Assembly (NCBI RefSeq): GCF_028641065.1
Contig: NC_073398.1
Coordinates: 11,036,001 to 11,100,000, forward strand
Length of the DNA stretch: 64,000 bases
DNA from: Leucoraja erinacea
Taxonomy: Eukaryota
Direction: 5' to 3'
Shown here: piece after piece, positions 40,641 through 53,310 of the stretch
How positions within the stretch are numbered: the first letter of the stretch is position 1
How the letters are laid out: each line of letters starts with the position of its first letter
The notes under the pieces: model-generated
Told to the model about the DNA's origin: nothing
What the model saw: the letters and a program-made list of their open reading frames with translations, nothing else
Database searches by the model: none
Made by a program: the position numbers and the translations under genes

Positions 40641-41140
40641 ACTGGTTCAAAGCATGAACATCTTTGAGCGTGTACATGAAGCAGAATGTAGAAATAAGGA
40701 ATTGCAGATGCTGGTTTACAAAAAAATGACACAGTCCTGGAGTAACTCAATGGATCAGGGAGCATCTCCGGAGAACATAGGCCGGTGACATTTTAGGAAG
40801 GGGACCCTTCCTCAGACGTAAAGCAAAATAATTTTCAAGATCAGATTGGTCACCACCAAAGGAATCACATTTATGGATATCATTCAAATAATCTGAGAGA
40901 AATGAGGAAACTACTGTGCTACTTTATGAGAGTGTTCTCCATTTAACTCTTTAATTGGGTGTGGGGGCAGAAGTCATTATAATTTTCAAAGAGAACTAGC
41001 ATTTGTAGGGGGAAACAAAGCAAGGCTTTAGAGATAGAGCAGGACATTGGGTGTAGTCAGATCATTCTATCAAAGGAATTTTACAATTAAATGCATCAGT
41101 AAACAAGGTGAAAACTCTAAAGGATACCAATGATTTTTGA

Positions 41141-41347
41141 AGATAGACGAAAAATGCTGGAGTAACTCAGTGGGACAGGCAGCATCTCCGGAGAGAAGAA
41201 AAGGTGACGTTTCAGATCGAGACACTTCTTCAGTCTGAAGGGTCTCGACCCGAAATGTCACCCATTCCTACTCTCCAGAGATGCTGCCTGGCCCGCTGAG
41301 TTACTCCAGCATTTTGCGTCTATCTTCAATTTAAACCAGCATCCTGC
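41141..41347. mobile_element. Penelope-derived fold-back insert with perfect 15-bp TSD
   Basis: accaatgatttttga at 41126-41140 and 41348-41362; inverted arms meeting at back-to-back hammerhead-like cores. Confidence 0.88.
41203..41233 (-). ncRNA. Minimal hammerhead ribozyme-like motif (core intact, stem II decayed)
   Basis: Minus strand reads CTGAAGA A GTGTCTCGATCT GAAA CGTC ACC. Confidence 0.5.
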
Positions 41348-43129
41348 ACCAATGATTTTTGATATGCACAAATGATATCCTAAAACATAAGAACTGAATA
41401 TTTGATTTTGGAAGCATCCAACTTTTAGAACTTTCAACCCAATAACCTAATTTCCCAAAACCTGCTTATCCTAGAGCAACATTGAAAAACCAAAGGTCCG
41501 TGTGCTACCAAAGCCTGGACTAAACTAACCTCAGCTTACTCCTTATGTTTAGTGTCCAGCACCCAAACCAATCCAGGAGTTAACAACAGAACGAAAGCAA
41601 AGTATAGAGTGAACATTAAATTGTTAAATTAACATTTCTTGTACAGTTATTCTAAACACCCCAATTAAAATGAACTATTTGAATATTCTACAGAACAAAT
41701 TATAAGATCCTCAACAATAACCAAAATCAACATCCTTTCATTTGTTTGATTGCTGTTTCAAATCAAATTAAAATTAAAATCTAAAAGCAAAGCTGAATAT
41801 ATGATTAATATGGATGTAAAAATCAGAGCACAAGACAAAACCAGCCTGTTAAACAGAGAGTAACAGTTTCGGGAGACAGCAAAGTGGGTTGTGGTAGACA
41901 GTGAGTTCTGGGGAATTAATGCTGGCAGGGAAGGAGATGGTAGATAAATTAAGCAGGTATTTCACATCAGTCCTCACCTCAGAGGAAATATGTAGTATCC
42001 CATAAACAATTGTAAATTAAAAATTGGAAGGGGTGGAGAGATTCACCAAGGAAGTGGTGCTGAGCATACTATCAGAAATGCACGTTCCTTGTCCCCAGGT
42101 CCTGAAGGACTATTCCATTCTATTACTCTGGAATGGTATCTCAGTATGGTGGATCATTTCCCACACTCACTTGAGGCCACCAAGCCAAGGATTTTACTGT
42201 TTAATTGGGGCCTCATTATATGCTTGTTAATGACCTTGGAACTGCCCGCCTCCGTCAATGTTACATCAAGAAACGATAAAGACTTTGGATTTAGGATCCG
42301 GGCAATTCCCAAATATTCGGCAAGCAACTCAGTGTCTCCCCACATCTTTCCCAGTGTAATCAAAAGAATTCAGTGACTAACAAGACGTGTAGGGATTTGG
42401 AAACTACTTTCACTGCAAGATCGACTGAAAATGTTATGTGTATTTGCAGCAGCAAGCGAGTTTACAATGAAGTACAAATATTAGAATGGACAGGCACATA
42501 GTGCTGGAGTAACTCAGCGGGTCAGGCAGAGATGGGGGGGAAAGAAAGCTTGAGGAGTTCCTCCCACCCCAGCATCATTCTGAAGAAGGGTCACGACCAG
42601 AAACGCCACCTCGATGCTGCCTGAGCCGCTGTTAGCATTTTGGTAACCAGATCATCTGCATTTCGAATGATATTCCTCTATTCGCTATTATAACGCCTGA
42701 TAAATTAGTGCAAAAGTAGGTTTATTTATTAATTTATCTTGCTTAGAATTGCAAGGTTTTAAATTGTGACCAATACATTTTTGCAGTATCTATGAACAAG
42801 ACTAAAGTTTTTTTTTTTTTCCCCACGGTTGGAATGGCGCAAATGCAGGATCCCTTTGAGGTTGCTGCCTAATACAGCCATGCCACAGCAGCCACCAGAG
42901 ACCCTGAGTAGTTCGATCCCGATTTAAATAGGATGAAGAATATTATAAATGGATACGGAGTTTTTTAGTGATTATTACGTTCCCCTTTACCGTGATGGTT
43001 TTGTTCATCCGATGAGGATGACGTACCAGATCAGTTGAAGGTTATTCCTCTATTGGCTATTGGCCTGAAATGTAAAAGTAGGTTTATTTTATTAATTTAT
43101 CTTGCTTAGTCCCCAATAGTATTCAACAA

Positions 43130-43376
43130 GGGTCACGGTGGCGCAACGGTAATAAAGCAGTGCCAGAGAACCCGGGTTCGATCCCGTGCGGGTTTGTACG
43201 TTCCCCCTCGTGACCTTCGTGGGTTTTCTCCGAAGACGTACAGGTTTGTAGGTTAATTGGCTTGGTAAATGTAAAAATTGTCCCTAGTTGGTATATTAAT
43301 GTGCGGGGATCGTGGGTTGGAGCGGACCCAGTGGGCCGAAGGGCCTGTTTCCGTGCTGTATCTCTAAAACTAAAAC
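43130..43376 (+). mobile_element. tRNA-derived SINE (HE1/V-SINE-like)
   Basis: gggttcgatccc B box and family tail; internally shortened. Confidence 0.8.
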
Positions 43377-44436
43377 AATAAACTATTAACACATTCTAGT
43401 CTTGTTATCTTAAAAACAATAAAAGCCAAAAGAAGAATGTTCCACTGATCAAAGCTTTATATTGCCTTATACATCATGCACCATATTCCCCACGGAGAGC
43501 TCAGATGCTGCTTGCCTGTATCCGTGCAGGAGAACAATCAGCTACAACTCCTGGTTACAGCTACTTATTGGCACAAAAATAGTGCTGGAAATCTAAAGTA
43601 AATAAAGTAAAGTTCCATTCGGGGTCTGACCGTAAGTACTGACCTAATATTGTCCTTCAGAGACTTATCAACTTATCAATGGAGAAGTTCCTGTGAATTA
43701 TGCTTGCATATGCTAGCTCATGATTCCCTTCATAATCTGAACAGCTCATTATACATAAAGCACTCATATTATATTTCAATATATCGTTTTGCATATAGAG
43801 CAGATGATCAAAATGTTAATGTATTCACTTCATTTAAAAATGTTCATCAATTCAAAGTTGTAAATAAAGAACACAATGTGATATAGAATTTACACGAGTT
43901 GTGAACTCAGCCGAGGATAATACAAATATGACTTCATCCTTCAATATAACCAGAAGCACTCACTGTATAAATATACAGCAGTAACACTCATGGGACATCT
44001 CCTTGTGATGGCAATGACCAGATGTCAGGGGCTGAGAAAGCAGGAAGGGAGAGGAATGGAGAATATGAGCAAATACAGGAACCATCCAGGCGAAAAACAA
44101 AATAATAAAAATGTTTAGCAAAACAAATGCAAGAATGTAATTGTCAAACTTAAGAAAAATAGGAAAGGAAGAAAAATAAATAGTATATTATAAATAGATG
44201 AGGGAAAAATTAAACAAAATGAAAATCTGATAATATTTGAAACTTGCATTGCTCATTCATGTTCAACACCTTTTTGCTCTAAATATTTACATGAGTTTTC
44301 AATGAAGATAGCCTGTTTATAATTTTTGCAGTGCAACTAACTCCCATTGAATGTGCTAGAGTACACTAATGTTGGAAGAATAATCATGGTGGTAAAAGTG
44401 ATGGCAAAGACAAAGGCATGTACCAATCTCCCAAAA

Positions 44437-44595
44437 TGTGTAGGAAGGAACTGCAGATTTATACCAAAGATAGATAGAAAAAACTGGAGTAACTCAGCGG
44501 GTCAGGCAGCATCTCTGGAGACCCGAAATGTCACCTATTCCTTTTTGCATGAGATGCTGCCTGATCTACTGAGTTATTCCAGCTATTTGTGTCTA
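44437..44595. mobile_element. Penelope-derived fold-back insert
   Basis: Inverted arms; caatctcc on both flanks. Confidence 0.75.
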
Positions 44596-45216
44596 ACAAT
44601 CTCCTAATCTTTGTGAGGATGAATATCAGTTCGTTGGAGAGCTATCTCCATTTCACTTTCAACTTTTCATCTTTTACCTATTTCTGCCCACTGCTTCAGC
44701 TCACATCTTTGACTTCTGTTTTAATCCTCAGTCTAGGCATTGGAGCAGCGTTCAGCTTGCTCCTTTTCCTATCGTTGGTAAAATCTTCAAATAAATCATC
44801 TTGCCAAAGCAGCGATTGCATCAAATGACACATTTGTAATGGCAATTTCAATTAGAGGAGTAGGCAGATATAGGAATTTAAAGTACTTGAAAACAACGTC
44901 TGATCTGAGAATGGTAAATGAGCTGCAGTTCTGCACCTGCTAAACAAATCCCTTTTCATAATCAGTCACACAGCACGGAAACAGATCATTCAGCCCCAAC
45001 TCATCCAAGCCTAACACGATGCCCCATCTATACACGACCCATGTGCCTGCATTTTCCAATATCCCTTGAAACCTTTCCTATCCATGCACCTGACTTATGT
45101 CATATACATGTTGTTATTTATTATACCTGCCTCAACTACCTCTGCTGACAGCTCTTTCTTTGTACCAAAGTTTCAAAGATTCACCACCCTCTGAGTGAGG
45201 ACATTTCTTTCTGTTT

Positions 45217-45403
45217 TAGGTACACAAAAAAGCTGGAGAAACTCAGCGGGTGCAGCAACATCTATGGAGCGAAGGAAATAGGCAACGTTTCGGCCCGAAA
45301 CGTTGCCTATTTCCTTTGCTCCATAGATGCTGCTGCATCCGCTGAGTTTCTTCAGCTTTTTTGTGTACCTAAGATTTTCCAGCATCTGCAATTCCTTCTT
45401 AAA
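45217..45403. mobile_element. Penelope-derived fold-back insert, near-perfect palindrome
   Basis: Centre ggcaacgtttcggcccgaaacgttgcc with ~75-bp arms; follows a CR1 tail at 44960-45205. Confidence 0.85.
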
Positions 45404-46089
45404 CTCATTTTGTTTTAGTCCTGAATCGCTTATTGTGAGATTCCCACTACTGCCAGGTGAAACACTGTCTCAATTTAAGAAGAATTTTGTATGTTTAAAT
45501 GAGGTCGGCCCCCATTTATCTAAACTCAAGACAGTATACCAGCCCACTGTGGAGGTTGCTGGAAGGGGAATTCACAGTAGGAATTCTGGCTGGCCATTTG
45601 TTCCACCTGACGAGTATGGCTAAAATTCCTGGGAGCGAGATGTGGAAAAAGACATAAATCATAGCTTGCAACCTTACTTGGCTACTTTGAAACAGGCATT
45701 GGCCATCAACAGGTGTTACAGAGAAGATTGCAGAGTCGATAAGACAAGGACTAGAAGCCCAAGGGGTTTGTTAGTGGGATCAATTACAGCAAATTCCAAC
45801 AGTCTGTGAATACTGGCCCAAACTGTCTTTAGTTTAGAAGAATGAGATTGCCCCTGCGGCGAGACTTCAGCTGCATGTGGAGCTAATGTTTTGTTTGGCT
45901 TTCATATTTTACAACAAAATAAAACATTTTTTTTGGTTCTATGACACCTTTATATATAATCACCCCAAGGCACCCACAAAGTTTGTTTATCAAACAACCA
46001 GTCACATAAAACCACATTAGGGCAGATAGCCACACATTGGTCAAAGAGGTAAACCTCTAAAAACGAGAAGTTTAGGGAGGTAATTCCAG

Positions 46090-46255
46090 TGTAGAAACAA
46101 GGAACTGCAGATGCAGGTTTACAAAAGAAGGTACAAAGCACTGGAGTAACTCAGCAGGTCAGGCAGCATCTCTGCAAGACATGGATAGGTGATGCTTTGG
46201 GTCAGTACCCTTCTTTAGACTAGCGAAACAGTCTGAAGGGTCCCAATCCGAAACA
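46090..46255. mobile_element. Penelope-derived arm(s)
   Basis: Family arm plus degenerate core on both strands. Confidence 0.7.
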
Positions 46256-47847
46256 CTCACACAGAGTAAGTCAGCAAGACCAGCCAGGAGGGTTTTACCA
46301 AGATCAGGTCTGGAGATAACATGCGGACTAGGGTTTCACCAGCTAATGATAAAAAGTAGGTTGGAGCCTGGCATACATTGAAGGAGAAAATAAGCAGTTG
46401 TACTGATTGTGAAAATACACAGTTATATGTTCACCTCAGAATCAAGTATTACTAAAGTTGTAAATAGTCTGATTCAACTTCCAGTAGCAACTAGAGGAGG
46501 CTTAGAATCAGTGGCCAGAGAGCAGTGAGTGTAGAATGCTTCACCTGGACAATTACAGCCTCAGAATTTTAGGTATAATCTGCAGTCTTTCTGTCTTGTT
46601 CACTGGTATTGGGCTTTTTATTCCTCTGATCAGTAATTTGTTGTTTTTTTTACACAGAATTTTAACATGCCAAATGGTTTCATTCGGCAATTACTTTCCG
46701 GTTAGAATAACTTCTTCATAATACATTCTGCCATCTGAAACAGTGCTACACATCCCTGTAGAATTCATATCCACCACACATCTGCACATCCTGATCACAT
46801 TTTCTGTAAGCCTATAAAAAGGCAATCTCTTTAAAAAGAATTTATACAGGAAGTATAATCCAACCGAGTTGGTTGTTTACCAAATACAGAAACCAGAATC
46901 TTAATAAACTCCCACTGGGTTTACTAAAGCAATTAGCAAGAGTTAAAGTAATGAAATGTACTCTGAATACTATGTATAGTCTGATCTTAGCCAATATATT
47001 GAACCCAATGTTTACTTAATAGTAATTTAACACTGTCATCTTTTAATACCATATTTTCACTTTAGCAGCAATCTAGCAGAATGTCAATTGCATTATGAAA
47101 TGCTATAATCTTTATGCCTTAGAGATAAGTATAAAAGCAAAAGCAAACAAGGAAAGCGCTGTCCAGATTACAATGAATGACTTTACACAATCAGTACTAG
47201 TCATAATATGGTAGGCATTGCATGTATAGCTTTTTCAATGGACCACCCTGCTGTGAGATTATGGCATTTCCCTGTGAGTCTGATGAAATGTTATTTTAAA
47301 GAAGCCTTGACTGTCAAAGGTTTCAGTGCTGGAAAATGGAACACATTTTCCGGTTTAGGTATCCAAAAGCATCATCGAACATTCCCAAAGTTACCAATAT
47401 GATTCACTAGTGCATACATTAGCCCATTTAGCCTACTTCCTGAGCAGGCCTTAACATCAGTATGCTTTGTGTTATTACACACTTTCTGTTAATATCTCAC
47501 ACAGTAAATTTCTCCATCTACTGCAGAGCAAATGCAAGTTTAGTAACAGACTCAGACTGTTTGCGCTGCGGACTTTAACCTTGGGGGTGAATTGGGGGAA
47601 GGTAGGTAAGAGATAGGCTCTAATTGTTTCTGTTTAATGATAACAGAGATTTGATTGTCGTATTACAGATTGTTCATTCATAAACTCCCCATGATTAACG
47701 GAAAATCTGAAGATTCAGAAGTTGCATTAAAAAGGTCCAAAATTGTGACCCTTGTAACCAAAGATGTCTGAGCTGGGTTTGGGATGCATGAATTGAACGG
47801 GCAACAACACCATCTAGCCAATTGATCTGATGGACTGATATGAGCAA

Positions 47848-48102
47848 AATCTTCTTCACCGAGAGAGTTGTGAATCTGTGGAATTATCTGCCACAGAAGG
47901 CAGAGTAGACCAATTCACTGGATGTTTTCAAGGGAGAGTTAGATTTAGCTCTTAGGGCTAAAGGAATTATGAGATATGGGGAAAAAACAGGAGTGGGGTA
48001 CTGATTTTAGATGATCAGCCATGACCATACTGAATGGCGATGCTGGCTCGAAGGGCAGAATGGCCTACTCCTGCACCTATTTTTCTATGTTTTTGTGTTT
48101 CT
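47848..48102 (+). mobile_element. CR1 3' end
   Basis: Encodes FFTERVVNLWNYLPQKA, followed by the tail. Confidence 0.82.
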
Positions 48103-48446
48103 AACACCATCTAGGTACTTGATCTACTTGTTAACAAATATTTTGAAGCTATATGTTGACATGGAACATTCTACATATAATTTTGTTTTGAATTAAAATT
48201 TAATTTGGGGGATAAAACACATCAATTGCTCTAAATAAATAAATTGTATCAATTAATAAACCATCAGCAACATTTTAAAGACAAATATTGACAAATAATG
48301 AAATCCAGTTGAATTCAGCACATCAGTAATGAAAAGTATATTTAATAAATGTGTCTGGAATATGTAACAACGGAACACAAACTTACAATCTAGATTGACT
48401 GGAAATTGGGATATAACTTCCAAATCATAAAGAAATTACAACATTG

Positions 48447-49284
48447 CTCTGGCAGCAGCCATGTCAGCAGTGCGTCAGTTTTTTTCAACCTTTTTTTATT
48501 TTTTAGTATGTTTTAAAGTATGTATTTAATGTTCCTTCGTGTGTTTTGTGTGGGGGGTGGTGTGGGGGGGTAAGGGGGAAACCGCTTTGGTCGCCTCCTC
48601 CATGGAGAGGCGAGTTTTTCCAGGTCGCCTCCCCCGTGGCCTAACATCAAGGATCGGCGCGGCCTTTCCCGGAGACACGCCCGGGGCTTCAGCGGCGGGC
48701 GCAGCGTGGACTCTCGTTGTGGAGCGGGTGAGCCCTCGCTGGGGCTCGCTGGAGGGCAGCGCTCCGTATCGCTGGCCCGGGGCTGCCGGCAGCCTGAAGC
48801 CGCGGTCTGCAGAGTTCCAGCTGGCGCGGCGTCTACAGCCCGGGATCCCTCGTGGGGGACCCGGGGGAAGAAGAAGCCATCACTGCCGGCCCGCGGCCAA
48901 CTTCTACCGCGGGTCCGGCATGGACTCACCATCACCCCTGGAGGGGAGCTTCGACCGCCGGCCCTGCAGTCTACGGTGCTTCTGGCTGCGGCAGAGTCTT
49001 TAAATCTCGACCGATCGGCCTACACCATCTTAAAGCCGCGGTCTCCGGTGAGGAAGAGCCGATCCTGGACTGACTCTGGACTCTGGTCCTGCCCACGGGG
49101 GGGAAATGGAGGAGGACTGGCCAAATGTTGTGCCTTCCACCACAGTGATGAATGCTGTGGTGGATGTTTGTGTTAGTTTTATTGTGGTTGTGTGTTCTTT
49201 ATTATTGTACTGCTGCTGACAACCCAAATTTCCACCGACCCTGGTTGTGTGGCAATAAATTATATCTTATCTTATCTTATCTTC
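48447..49284 (+). mobile_element. GC/CpG-rich non-autonomous retroposon
   Basis: CpG-rich body, TG-rich 3' region, stem-loop, ggcAATAAA and (atctt)n tail. Confidence 0.65.
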
Positions 49285-49559
49285 TTTTGATTAATATTCC
49301 AAACAAAATGTGAGGTGCGTTATTTTAAAGTTGATGTATGGTTTCAGTGAAGGACAGAAAATCTGTTCATGCTGTGACAATGATATTACAATCTCATCAG
49401 GTTCAAAGCAGCTTTGTCCTGCAATGTTTAAGTAACCTGGATCGATATGAAAGCTGAGGTAACGGATCTGAGCTTGGTGCAGAGTGGACATTTATATTAA
49501 TACATTGCTGCAAGCCAAATGGGATTTAAGGGTACATACAGGGATTAGAGTTGGTGAAA

Positions 49560-51783
49560 TCCAGAGAAAATCTTTATTATGAACCATGTATTTGGCTCAT
49601 ATAATTAGAAAGAAACTCCAACAACTAGGAGCTTTGATGTTTGGTGAATTTCAGTTCAGGTTAAGACAATGTTCCAAAGTTTGACTTTCTGAACACTAAG
49701 AAAGTTATTACTGGTAGTAATTGGATATTCATTCTATATCACACGTGTGTTTGTAAGTCGTTCCCAAATAGGTTTTAAGATGTTGTCACGGACCAGTTAA
49801 CAAAAATCATCAATCCCATTTCTGTACATATGGCTGCAGAAAATTTCAAAAGTTAATATCAGACTCAAAGGCATTATGAACCATTTATGAACTTGACATG
49901 AAAAACCATTCATACCATGTAACCAAAACTGGAAAATAACAAAAAGGTGTTTCAGGCCCAATGCAATGCCTTTTTAATCAACAGAGGGCTACATGCAAAT
50001 CAAAGGAATGTCATTCAGTAAAGGAATACCCTCTACATTGAGATCACAGTGAAGTTGGCATTACACAGTAGCTCTTTGCTGATTCTCATGACAAATCCAG
50101 TGATCATCTGCACTTTAAATGTCAAGAAAACAGCTGCAAATGCAAGGTTGTGCATACAGTGGATGTCATGCATGTAAATAGTGTAGTGAGAAATGTTTTA
50201 ACTTTGTATGTTAACAATAAAGTATGTTGTATAAAATTAGTTTCTAAATTCTGTAGCTCAACGGATCTATTCACTTTTAGGGTAATCTGTTAAACAGAAT
50301 CAGTTGTATTGCTTTATCTACTTATCTGCTTAAAACAAAGGTAAACTCACCAGCAAAAAATAATGTGAAAGACTCACCTTTGATCCTTCGCTTGTTACTG
50401 TGTCACTCGCACAAGTCTAGGATGTTGTCCAATTGAAGATACAGATGTTCTTGTAATCGATTCAGAATCATTTCCATCTCAGGACTTTTTGTTTCATGGA
50501 TATGGGTAGTCTGAAGTCCCTGATTTACCATGTGGTCCAAAAATCAACTTTCTCAATGCATTTTCAAAAGGTAAATGAGGAGTCCCAGTAAATACCAATC
50601 CAGAATATTTTGCTGAGATTATCTAAAAGGAGCATTCCAGTTCAACGATGAAATGGTAATTTTTAGTTTTTTTCTTTATTCAATGCATTTTTTTTGTGAC
50701 AACTGTTATCATTCAACAGTTAGTGGTACTTTATCTCAAGCTTCATTTGTTGTAGCCAGTTTTCTGATTTAATGTTCAGGATGAATAGGCGGACTTAAAA
50801 TTAGTTTCTTACAGCAGTAATGTAAAAGTGCGTTCATTTAGGTCTTTGTACAAATGTGTAGGACGGACATCGTCCATTGAATTCCGTGGGGGTAGCACAT
50901 AAAATTGGTTTGTATTTCCACAAACTGTTTTCCAACTCTACCAGGAACAAGACAGTCTAGCGCTTCGCCGATTGAGTATATTCTATACAAAAAGCTAAAT
51001 TTGCTGGTCTCAGTTTCCAGTACACTGGAGCAAAATGATTATCTAAATATTCTGTTCAGTGATTAATGCATGAATATTTTATGCTTTGTTTGAAAAAATA
51101 TATTGTAAATAGATGTATATGCCGTAACATCGACCAAATCCGTAACCCGTTTTTGTTTTCGTTACCAACAGATTCATAAAACGAACACCTAGATTGTTTC
51201 CCTGCTCAATTCTAGAACGGTTGCTCACAAACAAACAATAGAAACACTACTGCAAAACCCTTTCACTGCATGTATCACTCTGCATTTCGCCATCTTCTAG
51301 CTTCCCCTTTCACCTGCTACATTGTTTTGAATACTTTGAGGACATAAAGCAGAAAACCCAAGTACAAACAGTCCACAGCCTCTGTCTTCACTGCAAAGTT
51401 AAACAAAGTACTTCACGCACTTCCCTTCTGAAATAACAAATCAAAAAATACTTATGGAATTTGAAGACCACGTTTGCTTTCTATTATTTGAAGACACTGC
51501 AAATGCAACACAGAACTGTTAAATATGCAAATATTGATGGGCTCCTGGAGAAAATAGCTGGCCATCAATCTCTTCCCCCCCAAGTTAAGGCTGTAGTGCC
51601 AAGACATACACCCAATCTTCTTGATATTTTCTTTTGTAGAATAAAGTATGTTGTATAAAATTAGTTTCTCTTCCGACCCAACTAACCTAACTTTTGTAGT
51701 TTGTACAAATGATATGTCTTTAATTCAAAATAAGTCCTTCTATGGATAAAACTAATCTGTAATGTTCAAACAATTTGCTGTGA
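49560..51783 (-). other. Probable long KCNA5 3' UTR
   Basis: AT-rich stretch without recognisable repeats directly after the stop codon. Candidate minus-strand AATAAA at 50675-50680 and 49573-49578. True end unknown. Confidence 0.45.
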
Positions 51784-53310
51784 CTACAAGTCTGTTTCAG
51801 TGTTGGGAATCATACAAAGTGCGTATAATGACTTCCTGATGTCCGGGGTGCTGTTGGCTTTGCAGTGTGTCCCTGGGCCATGATTCACCCCATCGCCGTT
51901 CTCTAAATGGTTGCCAATGGAGTTTCTGCTCTTCTTCAGATCTTCTGAGATGCTGCTCTCAACTTCGACTTTGTCGATAAGGTACTTGGCTTGTTCTTCA
52001 TTGTCGTTCTCCCGGTGGTAGAAGTAGTTGAAGTTGGACACGATGACGGGCACGGGCAGCGCGATGGTCAACACCCCGGCGATGGCGCACATGGACCCCA
52101 CGATTTTGCCCGCCACGGTGATGGGCTTCATGTCCCCATAGCCCACGGTGGTCATGGTGACCACTGCCCACCAGAAGGCGTCGGGGATGCTGGAGAAATT
52201 TGACCTGGGGTCATCGGCCTCGGCGAAGTAGACAGCGCTGGAGAAGAGGATGACCCCGATGAAGAGGAAGAAGATGAGAAGACCCAGCTCCCTCATGCTG
52301 GCCTTGAGGGTCTGGCCCAGGATCTGGAGACCCTTGGAGTGCCTGGAGAGCTTGAAGATGCGGAACACTCGGACCAGCCGGATGACCCTGAGGATGGCCA
52401 AGGACATGGCTTGTTGCCCGTTGGCTTGTTGCTCAGCCATCTCGGTGCCCAGGGTGATGAAGTAGGGGATGATGGCCACGATGTCAATGATGTTCATGAT
52501 GTCCCTGGCGAAGACCGGCTTGCTGGGGCAGGAGAAGAAGCGCACCAGCAGCTCCATGGTGAACCACACCACGCAGGTGGTCTCCACGATGAAGAAGGGG
52601 TCGCTGAGGCTGTCCCCCGTCGAGCCCCTGGTTCCGTTGGCCGTGCGGTTGTAGTTGTTGTGCCTGTCGTCGCGGAACTCGGGCAGGGTCTCCAGGCAGA
52701 AGATGATGATGGAGATGACGATGACCAACACGGACACGATGGCGATGCAGCGGGCCGGGTTGGAGCTCTCGGGATACTCGAACAGGAGCCACAACTGCTT
52801 CTGGAACTCGCGGCGAGGAAGCTGCCGCTCCTTCTCCTTGATGAAGCCCTCGTCCTCCCCGAAGCGCTCCATGGCCTCGGGTCCCAGGCGGTAGAAGCGG
52901 ATCTCGTCGGCGAACATGTCGATGGAGACGTTGACGGGTCTGCGGACTCGGCCGCCCGACTGGTAGAAGTAGAGGATGCCGTCGAAGCAGGGACGGCTGC
53001 GGTCGAAGAAGTACTCGTTGCGCAGCGGGTCGAAGTAGCGCAGCCGCTGCAGCGGGTCGCCCAGGAGGCTGTCCGGGAACTGGCTGAGGGTAGCGAGCCG
53101 GGTCTCGTAGCGCAGCCCCGCCACGTTAATCACCACCCGCTCGCTGCACTCGTCCGGCCGCCCCCCAGCCCCAGCCCCAGCCCCTGGCTCGCCCATGCCG
53201 CCCTCCTGCTCCCACCAGATCCCTCCTCCTCCGCCGCTGCCCGCACACCTGCCGCCCGCCGCCGCCGCCGCCGCCTCGCCCTCCTCCAACCTCAGCAAGG
53301 CGATCTCCAT
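51784..53310 (-). CDS. KCNA5: Voltage-gated potassium channel Kv1.5 (Shaker family), single coding exon, 508 aa
   Basis: T1 domain ([14 protein letters not shown]...[13 protein letters not shown]), S4 ([25 protein letters not shown]), filter TTVGYGD and S6 PVPVIV. N-terminal MEIAL and C-terminal SLYALC...ETDL PDZ ligand are characteristic of Kv1.5. The ORF track starts at a GTG (53319); the first in-frame ATG is 53310 in strong Kozak context (AGCATGG). Confidence 0.95.
   Translation of the reverse strand: MEIALLRLEEGEAAAAAAGGRCAGSGGGGGIWWEQEGGMGEPGAGAGAGGRPDECSERVVINVAGLRYETRLATLSQFPDSLLGDPLQRLRYFDPLRNEYFFDRSRPCFDGILYFYQSGGRVRRPVNVSIDMFADEIRFYRLGPEAMERFGEDEGFIKEKERQLPRREFQKQLWLLFEYPESSNPARCIAIVSVLVIVISIIIFCLETLPEFRDDRHNNYNRTANGTRGSTGDSLSDPFFIVETTCVVWFTMELLVRFFSCPSKPVFARDIMNIIDIVAIIPYFITLGTEMAEQQANGQQAMSLAILRVIRLVRVFRIFKLSRHSKGLQILGQTLKASMRELGLLIFFLFIGVILFSSAVYFAEADDPRSNFSSIPDAFWWAVVTMTTVGYGDMKPITVAGKIVGSMCAIAGVLTIALPVPVIVSNFNYFYHRENDNEEQAKYLIDKVEVESSISEDLKKSRNSIGNHLENGDGVNHGPGTHCKANSTPDIRKSLYALCMIPNTETDL

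Noticed and set aside
48513-49176. 140-156-aa overlapping ORFs
   Set aside because: Stop-poor GC-rich repeat interior with no protein-like features.
52050-52075. Possible Kv1.1-type I/V A-to-I editing site in S6 (LTIALPVP)
   Set aside because: That editing is established for KCNA1; this gene is KCNA5 and I could not identify a complementary hairpin.
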